A stretch of 64,000 nt of DNA from an uncultured Methanosarcinales archaeon (GTDB lineage: Archaea; Nanobdellota; Nanobdellia; Woesearchaeales; DSVV01), in NCBI GenBank assembly GCA_964556185.1, contig CAZKVI010000002.1:9930-73929 (forward strand), written 5' to 3'. Made by a program: the position numbers and the translations under genes. Numbering within the stretch: the stretch's first letter is position 1; each line of letters starts with the position of its first letter. Under the pieces are notes generated by a model. That model had not been told where the DNA came from. It did not search any database and was given only the letters and a program-made list of their open reading frames with translations. This document shows, piece by piece, positions 46,403 to 56,508 of the stretch.

Positions 46403-46567
46403 ATGGTAACTTGTAAAGATTGTAAAGGAACCGATATAAAAAGTCGTAGAAATTACACACACGGTAAAAAGTCAAGACCAACAACTACTTTAAGTTGTAA
46501 AAAGTGTGGTTCTACAGACGTTGAATCAAGTTCTAATAAATACAATAGGAAAAGTAATAAGAAATAA
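46403..46567 (+). CDS. small zinc-ribbon protein (54 aa), not in supplied ORF track
   Basis: Hand-translated as MVTCKDCKGTDIKSRRNYTHGKKSRPTTTLSCKKCGSTDVESSSNKYNRKSNKK, with CxxC-x24-CxxC spacing. It lies immediately after the previous zinc-ribbon gene. Confidence 0.35.
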   Translation: MVTCKDCKGTDIKSRRNYTHGKKSRPTTTLSCKKCGSTDVESSSNKYNRKSNKK

Positions 46568-46691
46568 TTTATTTTTTTACAGAAGTCTTAACGACTTCTT
46601 ACTTTCCTTAACGGAAAGTATTTTCTTTAATTCATGATTGAATATACTATAAACACAAATTATTTAAAAACTAATTTTCAATATAACACCA

Positions 46692-48398
46692 ATGAAAAAG
46701 ATTTTGGTGATAATAGGTGTTTTGTTAATTCTTTTTTCTTTAACAGCAATAGCTGAAGAAAAATGGCAAGGTGGTCCATGTTATGATGCAAATGGTGCGT
46801 GTAGAGATGCTAATAAAGAAATATACAGTGCTGTTAACCAGCAAATAACTGATGAATTTTATGAAACTAATCCAAGTTGGAGTACAGACTTTACTTCAGA
46901 TCCAAGATGGCAACCAAATAATGATGCTTGGGCTGTAGCAGATGAACAATGTGATGTTCAATATGATGCTTGTTTGGCTAGTCCTCCTGTAGAAGATACT
47001 TATGAACCAGTAGAAGTTGAAGAGCTTCATGATGATAATATTGTAGTACAGCTTAGTGATGAGGAAAGTGTTGCGTGTGCTAAATATGAACTATGTGTGA
47101 GTTTATTAGAAGAATTCTTAGAATCGTGTGAAAGATCTGGAGATGATTGCTTTATTTATGAAAGGCCCAATGCACAATGTTATGAACAAAATCCTGGTTG
47201 TGAAATAGCAGCTCAAGAAATTGAACCTGAATATACAGATGATGAAGACACTTCTGAAGAGGAAGAATATGAATCTATTCCAACTCTTCAAGCAACACGT
47301 GATCCTGCTTTTGAAGAAATAGTAGATGGTTTGCCAGAAAATCTAAGAGACTCATTCGAGGAACTTGCAATGTATTATCGTGAAGAAATTCAAACTAGTC
47401 CAGTAGGTAGAGAAACAACTGAAGAAGACCCTTGGCTTCATGTATTGTCTCCAGGATCTGTTAATAATATCTTTGGAGATGATGACTTTGCATGCGGAGC
47501 ATACCAAGGAAATGTTTTAGATTGGCTAGATGAGATGAGAACAAGTGATAATCCAGAAAGAAAAGAACTTATGGAGAAATTTGATTTTGGACCTATACAA
47601 ATTGCTGGAGGAGCTCATCAAGCAGTTATAATCTTTCCAAAAGGAACAGACTGGCGCAAGACAGGTGTTGTAATGGATCCATGGAAAGAACAACGACCTA
47701 TGTTTTACTCGCTTACTGGTACAGATAATGGACCAGCATGGTGTAAATTATTTTGGCTTGGCTTAGGTTGTCCAGCTAATGGAGCTGTAGGTGGCATTGT
47801 ACTTGGGGATTTAGATGCTAATACAGGTTATTATCCAACAACACCTAATTCTGACAATAGTTGGGCTTATAGAGGTACTAGAGTGACTGTTAAACCAGGA
47901 AGTCGTAAGAAAATTTCAGTCGGTTCTCCTGTAACTACTCTTTTAACTTCTGAAGATGGAAAACAAATTGGTATTACAGAATCTGGTGAATTTGTTAATG
48001 ATTTTGGATATGAAGTAGAAGCACAAATGACTAGTGCACCTGATGGTACTTATACAACAAGCTTTAATTTACCAGAAGACGAATATTCTTTGGAAATAAC
48101 TGGTAATGATGAAGGAGAAGTACATGTTTTAACAGCTGATGATGATGGTGCTAAAGAGTTCGATGTTGTTGAGGTTAGTAATGGTGATAGCTTGACTTTA
48201 TCTTGGGAAGATGATTTACCAGTATTAACTGATCAAAATGATCAAGTTGTAAATTCTGAAGATATTGAAGACGACAAAAGTTCACTTTGGGCATGGATTT
48301 TAGGATTAGGTTTATTATTTGGTTTATTTGTCTTTGTTTTAGGAATAATTCTTATAGTTGGTTTAGTGTATTTCTTTATAATTAAGAAACAAAAGTAA
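46692..48398 (+). CDS. acidic cell-surface protein with signal peptide and C-terminal TM anchor
   Basis: N-terminal signal, a long D/E-rich ectodomain with paired Cys, and C-terminal 'LWAWILGLGLLFGLFVFVLGIILIVGLVYFFIIKKQK'. Confidence 0.45.
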   Translation: MKKILVIIGVLLILFSLTAIAEEKWQGGPCYDANGACRDANKEIYSAVNQQITDEFYETNPSWSTDFTSDPRWQPNNDAWAVADEQCDVQYDACLASPPVEDTYEPVEVEELHDDNIVVQLSDEESVACAKYELCVSLLEEFLESCERSGDDCFIYERPNAQCYEQNPGCEIAAQEIEPEYTDDEDTSEEEEYESIPTLQATRDPAFEEIVDGLPENLRDSFEELAMYYREEIQTSPVGRETTEEDPWLHVLSPGSVNNIFGDDDFACGAYQGNVLDWLDEMRTSDNPERKELMEKFDFGPIQIAGGAHQAVIIFPKGTDWRKTGVVMDPWKEQRPMFYSLTGTDNGPAWCKLFWLGLGCPANGAVGGIVLGDLDANTGYYPTTPNSDNSWAYRGTRVTVKPGSRKKISVGSPVTTLLTSEDGKQIGITESGEFVNDFGYEVEAQMTSAPDGTYTTSFNLPEDEYSLEITGNDEGEVHVLTADDDGAKEFDVVEVSNGDSLTLSWEDDLPVLTDQNDQVVNSEDIEDDKSSLWAWILGLGLLFGLFVFVLGIILIVGLVYFFIIKKQK

Positions 48399-48399
48399 T

Positions 48400-49389
48400 T
48401 TAATCAACTCCGAAATAAACTATTCTTATTGCTAAGTATACAAAGTATAATGCCATTAAGTAAACAGCCCCCCATCTTCCGAGTTTCTTCTTTGTCATAA
48501 ATAACCAGATTAATAATGCTGCTGCTGTTATTGTTTCCATTGGTAAATCCCAATAGATTAATGGCTTTGGAACATAATAAGTAGAAATCAAACTTCCTAA
48601 ACCAATTGCAACTAAAGGATTTGTAATATTACTTCCAATTAAAGTTCCTAAAGATATTCCAGTTGCTTTTTGTCGAAGACCAGATATTGCAGTTATCATC
48701 TCTGGCAAAGCAGATGCAACACCTAAAGTTACAACACCGATTAATGAACCACCAACACCTGTTTTATGTACAATTAATTCAACTATTTTTAATACAATGG
48801 AACTGCTAACTAATAAAACAATCATTCCACAAATTACATAAAAAATATCTAACCAGATATTATTACTTATTTTTTTAGTATGTTCAGGAGATTCTTCTTC
48901 TTTTTTATACAAATAATACATGTAAATAACAAATGTTCCAAATAAAATAATTCCATCTAATCTAGAATAATGGAAATCCCAACCAAGAATAATACACATT
49001 AATGTTGTGCCGACCATTACAGAATAACTTCTTTTCAAAAATGCAGTTGTAAAAGTTAATGAACCCATTATAAAAATAACTAAACCTAAAACAAAAGTTT
49101 GCTGAACAACATCAGAACCAATATTTGCTCCTAATACAGTTGCAGATGCAATTTTATAATCTAATGATTCTGTTAAAATTCCAATTGAAGCAGCTAAATG
49201 TGAACCAATCTCTGGCAAAGAAGTTCCTATTGATAATACTGTTAATCCCATGAAAGTATTAGAAACTCCAAAATGTCTAGCTATTTTTATTAAATTCGCT
49301 ACAACAAATTCAGCACTTAACATTAAGATAACTATTCCTATTAATCCAATGATTGAATTTGCTATTAGACTCTCAGTTCCAAAGACCAT
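48400..49389 (-). CDS. Ca2+/cation antiporter (CaCA/YrbG family)
   Basis: Two alpha-repeats: 'SIGTSLPEIGSH' and 'LGVASALPEMITAISG'. About 10 TM segments. Confidence 0.7.
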   Translation of the reverse strand: MVFGTESLIANSIIGLIGIVILMLSAEFVVANLIKIARHFGVSNTFMGLTVLSIGTSLPEIGSHLAASIGILTESLDYKIASATVLGANIGSDVVQQTFVLGLVIFIMGSLTFTTAFLKRSYSVMVGTTLMCIILGWDFHYSRLDGIILFGTFVIYMYYLYKKEEESPEHTKKISNNIWLDIFYVICGMIVLLVSSSIVLKIVELIVHKTGVGGSLIGVVTLGVASALPEMITAISGLRQKATGISLGTLIGSNITNPLVAIGLGSLISTYYVPKPLIYWDLPMETITAAALLIWLFMTKKKLGRWGAVYLMALYFVYLAIRIVYFGVD

Positions 49390-49550
49390 TAGTTAGTCTT
49401 TTCATATATGGATTTATATATTTTGCTGAATAGTGAATTAGTATTTTATAGTATCAATTCTTAATAAATGAATTATTTTATTCTAAGTACTGCGTTTTTG
49501 TAAAAAAACTCATAGGAAGTTCTATATATAAATTAATCTTTCCTTATTTT

Positions 49551-50540
49551 ATGGGACTTCAATATAATGCGGGTGCTTCTAGACCCTATAGAGCAGCATT
49601 TAGTTGTAGTAGAGCTGATTTAAACACAGTTTGTTCTGGGAATGCTGAAAAACTTGGAGAGTTATTAACTGGAGTAGGTTTTGATGCAACTGGTTTAGGA
49701 CTTCGTTTGGGTCCAGATATTCCTAATGAACAATTAGAACCTCTTTTAACTCAAAGTCCAGATGCTATGCAAGAAGGTGACACAAGAGTAAAGTTTGAAA
49801 TTGGAGCTTATATTAAAAGAGATAAGGTACGTTATTTAACTCAAGAGCATTTTACAAATAAAAGCGTACCAAGAGGAGAACCTATTATAGGAGTTTCTTG
49901 TTCATTGGTTTTGACTACTTATGATAAAAATGGAACATCAGTTGAAGGACCTATAGTTAGTAGGGTTAAAGGTAATGGTATGTACGGAAAATGTAGGAAT
50001 GCTGGACAAATTGTACCATTTTGGCAAAGGACATTAACACACATATTAAATGCATATGGTGGAGATGAAAGAAGTGTTCATTTAAGTGTAGAAGGAAGAA
50101 CGTATCGTGTGCCAGGCGAAACATTAAATCTTAGACTGATTTCTCCAGGAGAATTAGATTTAGAATGGTTAAGATCAAATGCAAGAGGTGTTACAGAATC
50201 TTTGGCTGTAGATCCAGATTTTCAAAAATTAGTTGCAATGCAGGAAAGTATTTATGGACTTAGTCAGATGGGAGAAAAACAATCAGGACATACTGAACCC
50301 TCATTAGCTCGTTTAGATGAAATAGCAGCTGCATATGTTGCACATGTTCCAAGTGGTGTATTTAGTGATGAAGTACAAGGAAGTATGGATTCAGTAACAA
50401 CAACAGCTACTGAGTTTAGTGATGCATTGGCTAAAGTAAGAGAGGATGTAAGAGCAGAGTATGCTGCAGCTGTTCAAAAATTTGTTCGAGAAAAAGTTAC
50501 AGAAGAATCTGACTTAGCTAGATTATTAAGAGCTGCTTAA
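49551..50540 (+). CDS. hypothetical protein (A/R-rich, compositionally atypical)
   Basis: 329-aa ORF with higher GC. No motif recognised. Confidence 0.4.
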   Translation: MGLQYNAGASRPYRAAFSCSRADLNTVCSGNAEKLGELLTGVGFDATGLGLRLGPDIPNEQLEPLLTQSPDAMQEGDTRVKFEIGAYIKRDKVRYLTQEHFTNKSVPRGEPIIGVSCSLVLTTYDKNGTSVEGPIVSRVKGNGMYGKCRNAGQIVPFWQRTLTHILNAYGGDERSVHLSVEGRTYRVPGETLNLRLISPGELDLEWLRSNARGVTESLAVDPDFQKLVAMQESIYGLSQMGEKQSGHTEPSLARLDEIAAAYVAHVPSGVFSDEVQGSMDSVTTTATEFSDALAKVREDVRAEYAAAVQKFVREKVTEESDLARLLRAA

Positions 50541-50605
50541 TTTACCTAAAAATATTAAAGTAATTACTTCTAGAATTATTCTATTAACCAAAAGAGGTAT
50601 ATAAA

Positions 50606-51298
50606 ATGAAACAAATATTTACAATAATTCTATTAATTTCAGTATTATTACTTAGTGCTTGTGGTCCTGTGCCAGATGATGATACAGATGAACAACCAAA
50701 AGTTGTTATTTTTGAAGACGTTGTAATGGAAAAATATGATGAATATATTCAACAAGAGAATGAATCAATGCTAGGTGTAGAATGTTATTCTGAACCAATA
50801 TTATTTGAATGGGGTTTTGAGAATATGACTACATTAACTGATATTAATGTATTAATTGTTCCGTGTTTTTATTCAGGATGTTATGGTCCATGTGATTTAG
50901 CAGATATGTATGCATTTACTTTAGATAATGAAATCTATTTTATTAGTGAAGATGAAACATTACAAGATTATTTTGATGATGTCTTTGAACCAATAGATAC
51001 TTTAGGAGAAGCAAGAGAATATATTTACTTTACTGGCTATTCTAAACTTAAACCATTGGAATGGGCTTTATTGGATTGGGATATAAGTGAAGATGATTGT
51101 GAATTCTATGAAGAAGTTCCAGAATATGATGAAGAATTAGTAATTTTAGATAATGGAAATTATCTTTATAGAGGTTTTGACATGCAAGAAGTTGGTGAAA
51201 TGCAAGCGTATTATTATGAATACACTTTAACACCAGATGGACAGTTCTCAAGAGAAGACACTTATGTGGCTTTATGTGGGCCAGGGATTATTTATTAG
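50606..51298 (+). CDS. lipoprotein, paralog A of a tandem pair
   Basis: Lipobox 'LLLSACGP'. Shares 'LMEKYDEYIQQENE', 'TTLTDINVL', 'FEPIDTLGEAREYIYF' and 'CGPGIIY' with the next ORF. Confidence 0.45.
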   Translation: MKQIFTIILLISVLLLSACGPVPDDDTDEQPKVVIFEDVVMEKYDEYIQQENESMLGVECYSEPILFEWGFENMTTLTDINVLIVPCFYSGCYGPCDLADMYAFTLDNEIYFISEDETLQDYFDDVFEPIDTLGEAREYIYFTGYSKLKPLEWALLDWDISEDDCEFYEEVPEYDEELVILDNGNYLYRGFDMQEVGEMQAYYYEYTLTPDGQFSREDTYVALCGPGIIY

Positions 51299-51970
51299 GT
51301 GGATAAAATGAAACAAATAATTTTAATTTTATTTATTTCATTATTACTTACTGCTTGTAGTCCTCCACCAACTGAAGAAAATACATTCCTCTTTGATACT
51401 GAATTAATGGAGAAGTATAATACATTTATTCAACAAGAAAATGAGACAGGATTTATAACTTGTTATGATGGAGCGACAATAACTGATTGGTATTTTGATA
51501 ATTTAACAACATTAACAGATATTAAAGTATTAACAACAGATTGTTTTTCTGACGAGAATTTTATTCCAACTAATTTACCAGATCATTATATATTCACTTT
51601 GAATAATGAAAAGTACTTTGTTAGTGAAGAAGAAGGATTACATAATTATGATGTATTCGAACCAATAGATACATTAGGTGAAGCTCAAGAATATCTATAT
51701 TTTGTTGGAGAAGTTGAGCTTGAACAAATAGAAGATCTTTTTCCTAATTGGGTTGTTTCAGCAGATGATTGTTATTGGTATATAGAGGCTCCAGAAGTTG
51801 ATGAGATATTATCAATGACAGAAAATGGGTTTTTGTATCATGGATTTTACTTAGATCCAATAGGTGATGTTAGTTTAATGTATTATACGGCAGAACTTAC
51901 AAGCGATGGAGAGATTTCATCAGAAGAGACTTATCTAGCTAGTTGCGGGCCAGGGATTATGTATGATTAA
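51299..51970 (+). CDS. lipoprotein, paralog B of a tandem pair
   Basis: Lipobox 'LLLTACSPP'. Conserved blocks as in 50606-51298. Its start abuts the previous stop. Confidence 0.45.
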   Translation: MDKMKQIILILFISLLLTACSPPPTEENTFLFDTELMEKYNTFIQQENETGFITCYDGATITDWYFDNLTTLTDIKVLTTDCFSDENFIPTNLPDHYIFTLNNEKYFVSEEEGLHNYDVFEPIDTLGEAQEYLYFVGEVELEQIEDLFPNWVVSADDCYWYIEAPEVDEILSMTENGFLYHGFYLDPIGDVSLMYYTAELTSDGEISSEETYLASCGPGIMYD

Positions 51971-52031
51971 AGCCATAAACCTTATAAATAATGAGCAAAT
52001 AATGCCTTAAAAACACTTAGGAGTTGATATT

Positions 52032-52463
52032 ATGCCAGCAAAAGAAGGAGACAAAGTAAAAGTCGAATACACAGGAACATTTGAAGATGGAGAAGTTTTT
52101 GATAGTTCTGAAAAACATGGTCAACCATTGGAATTTGAATTAGGAGCAAAACAAGTTGTTCCAGGATTTGAAAATGCAATCGTTGGAATGGAAAAAGATG
52201 AAGAAAAGGAAGTTAAAATAGAATCAAAAGATGCTTATGGTGATCCTAATCCTCAATTAGTTCAAAAGATTCCAAAAGATAAGTTACCAAAAGACCAAGA
52301 AGCAAAAGAAGGAATGGTTTTAGGTATGACTCTTCCAAATGGTCAACAAATCCCTGCAAAAGTTACAGAAGTAACAGATACAGAAGTAACATTAGACTTA
52401 AACCATCCATTAGCAGGAAAAACTTTGAACTTTAAAATCAAGTTAGTTGAATACTCATCTTGA
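52032..52463 (+). CDS. FKBP-type peptidyl-prolyl cis-trans isomerase (SlyD-like)
   Basis: 'DKVKVEYTGTFEDGEVFDSS' and 'PLEFELGAKQVVPGFENAIVGM' are FKBP signatures. Confidence 0.8.
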   Translation: MPAKEGDKVKVEYTGTFEDGEVFDSSEKHGQPLEFELGAKQVVPGFENAIVGMEKDEEKEVKIESKDAYGDPNPQLVQKIPKDKLPKDQEAKEGMVLGMTLPNGQQIPAKVTEVTDTEVTLDLNHPLAGKTLNFKIKLVEYSS

Positions 52464-52494
52464 TTTCTTTATTTTCTTTTTAATTTATTTAGAA

Positions 52495-53172
52495 TTAATA
52501 ATCTTGAATACCATGTTGTAAAGCACAATGTGATGGCATTTGTGGCACTACTTCTTCATCCAAATGTTCTGTTAAATATGTATGTAAAACTCCTTCTAAT
52601 CCCCAAATATATTTATGTCTTAATAATTCATCTTTTGGAACTACTACACCAATGCCTTCGCTTCCTGTTGGAGCATCAACTAAGTCATCAAATTGTTCAT
52701 TACTTAACACTGCTTCGTATATTGTAATATTATAAGTTCCAAGTCCAACTCTAACTTTGACTGTGTCTAATTCTTCTGCAGCATCATAAACAATATTTCC
52801 CCAGTAATCTCCTAATTCACTTTTTTCTTCTAATTCTCTTTTTAGTGCTCCATCAATTCCTTCACCATTTATTTTGTCAAGTCTACCACCAAAAAAAGAA
52901 AGACAGTTCTGATATCGAACTATGGGATATGAATCTCCTTTATCTTGAAAATAGAATTTCGTTCTGTCTTCATTTGTAATAATAACTCCAACACCTTGAT
53001 GTTCAGCATTTACAGCAGCTTTCAGAGCTTTTAATGGATTTTTGTGACCATTAACAGCAGCTCTAACTTCACGAGCTCTTGCAGCTAATAAATAGCCTTG
53101 TTGTCTAAGAAGATTTCTAACAAATCTTCTAGTGCTTCCTTCATTTCCAAATTCAAGTAAGTTTTCAAGCAT
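52495..53172 (-). CDS. possible Nudix-family hydrolase
   Basis: 'GGRLDKINGEGIDGALKRELEEKSEL' approximates the Nudix box (GX5EX7REUXEEXGU) with a one-position deviation. Confidence 0.35.
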   Translation of the reverse strand: MLENLLEFGNEGSTRRFVRNLLRQQGYLLAARAREVRAAVNGHKNPLKALKAAVNAEHQGVGVIITNEDRTKFYFQDKGDSYPIVRYQNCLSFFGGRLDKINGEGIDGALKRELEEKSELGDYWGNIVYDAAEELDTVKVRVGLGTYNITIYEAVLSNEQFDDLVDAPTGSEGIGVVVPKDELLRHKYIWGLEGVLHTYLTEHLDEEVVPQMPSHCALQHGIQDY

Positions 53173-53269
53173 TTTCCATCAAAAAAGTTGCGACTTATTT
53201 AAAAAGCTAATTGTTTGTCTTCTTTCTAGATGAATTAACTATATAAATGAAGATGTATTACTTTATGAT

Positions 53270-54397
53270 ATGGGTTTAGGAAGATTAGTGGGTGCTTTAG
53301 CTGATCCAAGAAAGTTAGCTAGAAAAGTAGGAAAAAGATTACTTAATCTATATCAGTTGTCAGCATTAGATGCAGATAGAATAGAATCTTTATCAGCTTT
53401 AGATCCATTTAGATTAGAAGCATTAACTGAGTTACAAATTGATTATTTAAAATTGTTGACAGATGAAGTTGCACTTGAAAAAGAATATGAACAAAGAGTT
53501 GGAACAACAGCTTATTTTATTCAGCAAATTTTAGATAAACATTTCAAAGGAGAAACCCCTGAGTTTGGATTAGAAATTGGTTCTGGTTTAGGAAGTATTG
53601 CTGATGTTATGACAGATAAAGTAGAATTTGATTATAAAGATGTTCCTGGTTTTACAGCTCCAACAGTTGATGGCCATGATGGAAAATTAGTTATTGGAAG
53701 AATTAATGGAGTTTTAACTGTTGGATTAAAAGGAAGAAGACATTATTATGAAGTTGCTCATGAAAGAGCAGGAATTCTAAAAACAGTATTTCCAGTTGAT
53801 GTTCTTGCAAATTTAGGGGTTAGAAATTACTTTGTAACAAATGCAGCAGGTGGATTAAATAATGATTATAAAGAAGAGGATGTAATGGTAATAAGATCTC
53901 AATATAATAAAATCCCCAATTCTCTTTTAGGAAGAATTCATAAGCTTTTGAGGGTTGATAATGGTAAACCTGTTGGTAGATTTGTTGCAATGAATGATGC
54001 ATATAATAAAAAATTAGCTGCATTACTTTATGAGTCAGGAAAAGAACTTGACGAATTAACAATAAATAAAGGTTCTTATGCAGGAGTTACTGGTCCTTAT
54101 TATGAAACTCGTGAAGATGTAAAAGATTTAAGAGATAATGATTGTGATGCAGTTGGAATGTCAACTACTTCTGCTGTTCTTAAAGCTAGACAAAGAGGTA
54201 TGAATGTTGTTGGTTTATCTCTTATTACAAATGACATTAATGAAGAAGGAGATAATCCTGCTAGTCATGTGGAAGTTACAGATGTTGCAGATAGACCACA
54301 TGTACAAGAAGGATTAAGAAACATGGTTTCAACATTCTTTGCAGGATATAAACAAAAATATTCAGGTAGCTTACATCTTTTACAAGAAACTGATTAA
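53270..54397 (+). CDS. purine nucleoside phosphorylase (PNP/MTAP family I) with ~100-aa N-terminal extension
   Basis: 'DGHDGKLVIGRINGVLTVGLKGRRHYYE' gives the GRxHxYE motif. 'AVGMSTTSAVLKARQRGMNVVGLSLITN' is the phosphate/nucleoside-binding segment. Confidence 0.7.
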   Translation: MGLGRLVGALADPRKLARKVGKRLLNLYQLSALDADRIESLSALDPFRLEALTELQIDYLKLLTDEVALEKEYEQRVGTTAYFIQQILDKHFKGETPEFGLEIGSGLGSIADVMTDKVEFDYKDVPGFTAPTVDGHDGKLVIGRINGVLTVGLKGRRHYYEVAHERAGILKTVFPVDVLANLGVRNYFVTNAAGGLNNDYKEEDVMVIRSQYNKIPNSLLGRIHKLLRVDNGKPVGRFVAMNDAYNKKLAALLYESGKELDELTINKGSYAGVTGPYYETREDVKDLRDNDCDAVGMSTTSAVLKARQRGMNVVGLSLITNDINEEGDNPASHVEVTDVADRPHVQEGLRNMVSTFFAGYKQKYSGSLHLLQETD

Positions 54398-55332
54398 TCT
54401 TTTTTTAATTCTCTCATTATTGTTTTGTAGACTCTATCTGCTTGATCACTTGGGACTGTAACTCCGCCTGCTCCTTTGTGGCCGCCTGCACTGTATTCAT
54501 CAAATTCTCTTTTTAAAAATGCACCAATATCTGTTTCACATGTTCTATTAATAACACTATGGCCAATTTGAAATCTTACTTGAGATGGATCTAAATCAGG
54601 ATGATAAATTCTTACAGAAACATTTGCATCTGGATCAAGACCGTATTGTAACATTTTGTAAGCTCCGCTTAATAAAACTTGATCGTCTGCATCACGCATG
54701 TCGACGATAGTAACATTTTCCTCAACTTTAATCTTTTTTCTCATATATTCTGTAACTTTTGTTAAGTTTGTTTTGTAAATATCAACTCTTTGTTTAACAA
54801 CAGAATCTTCAAGAATTGTATATGCACTTTGTTCTTTTAATAAATTAACAACATATCTTAAAAAATCTGGTTCTTGATTATTATCAATTACATTTGCTAA
54901 TAGCGTATAACCCTCTGGGTTTGTTAGATCTCCTTGAGAATAATCTCCACTATCAATACTATTGGTTTCTTCTAACATAAGTTTGTTGTGTGTGTCTGTA
55001 GATGTCCATCTTACAAATTCATCTCCTGAAAGTCCATATAGTCTTTCTACAATATTACTTGCACAACTTTTTGCAACTTTTCTTAATCCTTCAACAGTTG
55101 GTTGTGAATCAAGATCATTATTTGCATGATGATCAAACCAAACCGAAGCTCCAGGTACATATGGTAAATCAAGTACAGCAACACCTGTTTGAGCACCTAA
55201 ATCTATTTTTGAAACTTCCCATGGTTGTGCAAAATCAATTTCAGAACTAGATAAGCCACATTCTAATGAAAGTATGGCAGCTGAGACCAATCCATCCAAG
55301 TCTGGATGTGTTATTATTTTTTGCACCCTCAT
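54394..55332 (-). CDS. DHH/DHHA1 phosphoesterase (NrnA-like nanoRNase / pAp phosphatase family)
   Basis: 'ITHPDLDGLVSAAIL' and 'DHH' are DHH motifs. C-terminal 'GGHKGAGG' is the DHHA1 motif. Confidence 0.65.
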   Translation of the reverse strand: MRVQKIITHPDLDGLVSAAILSLECGLSSSEIDFAQPWEVSKIDLGAQTGVAVLDLPYVPGASVWFDHHANNDLDSQPTVEGLRKVAKSCASNIVERLYGLSGDEFVRWTSTDTHNKLMLEETNSIDSGDYSQGDLTNPEGYTLLANVIDNNQEPDFLRYVVNLLKEQSAYTILEDSVVKQRVDIYKTNLTKVTEYMRKKIKVEENVTIVDMRDADDQVLLSGAYKMLQYGLDPDANVSVRIYHPDLDPSQVRFQIGHSVINRTCETDIGAFLKREFDEYSAGGHKGAGGVTVPSDQADRVYKTIMRELKKD

Positions 55333-55371
55333 ATTATAGAGAAATTGATATTTAAATATAAACCTTTCGAC

Positions 55372-56508
55372 TTATTCTAGAATTCCTGCTTCAATCCCAT
55401 CCATCAAAGCCATTGTTGCGTGTTGGTTTCTGTCGACTTTCATTGAATCTGATGTTTCGCTGCCTAGAAAACCACCGATTGCATGAATTTCATAATAATT
55501 ATTCAAGTTATCTTCTTTAGTAATTTGTAGTTCTATTATAAAATCACTTCCTTGTTTTACAAAGTTATAATAACATTCTTCTTTTTCAGTTTTATTGAGT
55601 TCTTGTGCTAATAAATAAGCTTTAATTACACCTTCCATGTAAACTGCAGTGACAATTCCTCGAGAGAAATCAAAGTTTTCACAATCATCAGAATGTTCTT
55701 CTACCATAAAATCATTCATTTCAAAAACATAGTTAGCATATTTCTCATCTTTTGTAATTTGATACATGTTGTAATAAGCTCTTGATTGCCAAGGAGGGAA
55801 AGCTGTATTAGGATTTGTCCAGAAATAACTTATGTAATATGGAAATGCTTTTTCAACAACATCAATATAAGTTTCATTTCCTGTATAATAATACATTTCA
55901 GTTAAAGCAAGTAAAGCTTCTCCAGGATAATAATCAACACCTGTTGATCTATTTGAAAAAAAGAATGTGTTTAGAGATCCATCATCATTTTGCATATACA
56001 TAATTCCATTTGCTAATTTTTCTAAATAATAATCTTTTTGATGATAATCTGTTTCTAATAAAGATAAAATCATAAAAGCATTATAACCAAGTTTAAGCTT
56101 AGAAGAAGTTACAGTTACATAAAGGAAATCATTTTCTTCATTATAAGCAAATGTTTCTTCAAAATATTTTATTCCTTTATTAGCTAAATCAGTATATCTT
56201 TCATCATCTAAGTAACTACTTAATTTACTTATTGACCATAATGCACCCATCTCTCTAAGTCCATGACTAGCAGAAGAATGTCTTTGTTCAAAAGGATAAT
56301 ATTCATAATAAATAAACTCATCATTTTGATTATTTAGAAACCATTCACCTCCTTGTTGTATAGCAATTAAGTATTTGTCGTCAACAACATCTTTTTCTTC
56401 GCCAATACTTGGAAAGTATTTAATTAACAAAATAAAAACTACTATTAAAACAATTAAGAAAACAATCTTCTTAACTTTACTTGAACATTTTCTTTGCTTT
56501 TTCTTCAT
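55372..56508 (-). CDS. membrane-anchored protein, possibly (alpha/alpha)6-toroid fold
   Basis: N-terminal TM. Repeated aromatic-rich segments and 'QNDDGSLN' (cf. prenyltransferase/terpene-cyclase-type Q..DGG). Weak call. Confidence 0.3.
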   Translation of the reverse strand: MKKKQRKCSSKVKKIVFLIVLIVVFILLIKYFPSIGEEKDVVDDKYLIAIQQGGEWFLNNQNDEFIYYEYYPFEQRHSSASHGLREMGALWSISKLSSYLDDERYTDLANKGIKYFEETFAYNEENDFLYVTVTSSKLKLGYNAFMILSLLETDYHQKDYYLEKLANGIMYMQNDDGSLNTFFFSNRSTGVDYYPGEALLALTEMYYYTGNETYIDVVEKAFPYYISYFWTNPNTAFPPWQSRAYYNMYQITKDEKYANYVFEMNDFMVEEHSDDCENFDFSRGIVTAVYMEGVIKAYLLAQELNKTEKEECYYNFVKQGSDFIIELQITKEDNLNNYYEIHAIGGFLGSETSDSMKVDRNQHATMALMDGIEAGILE

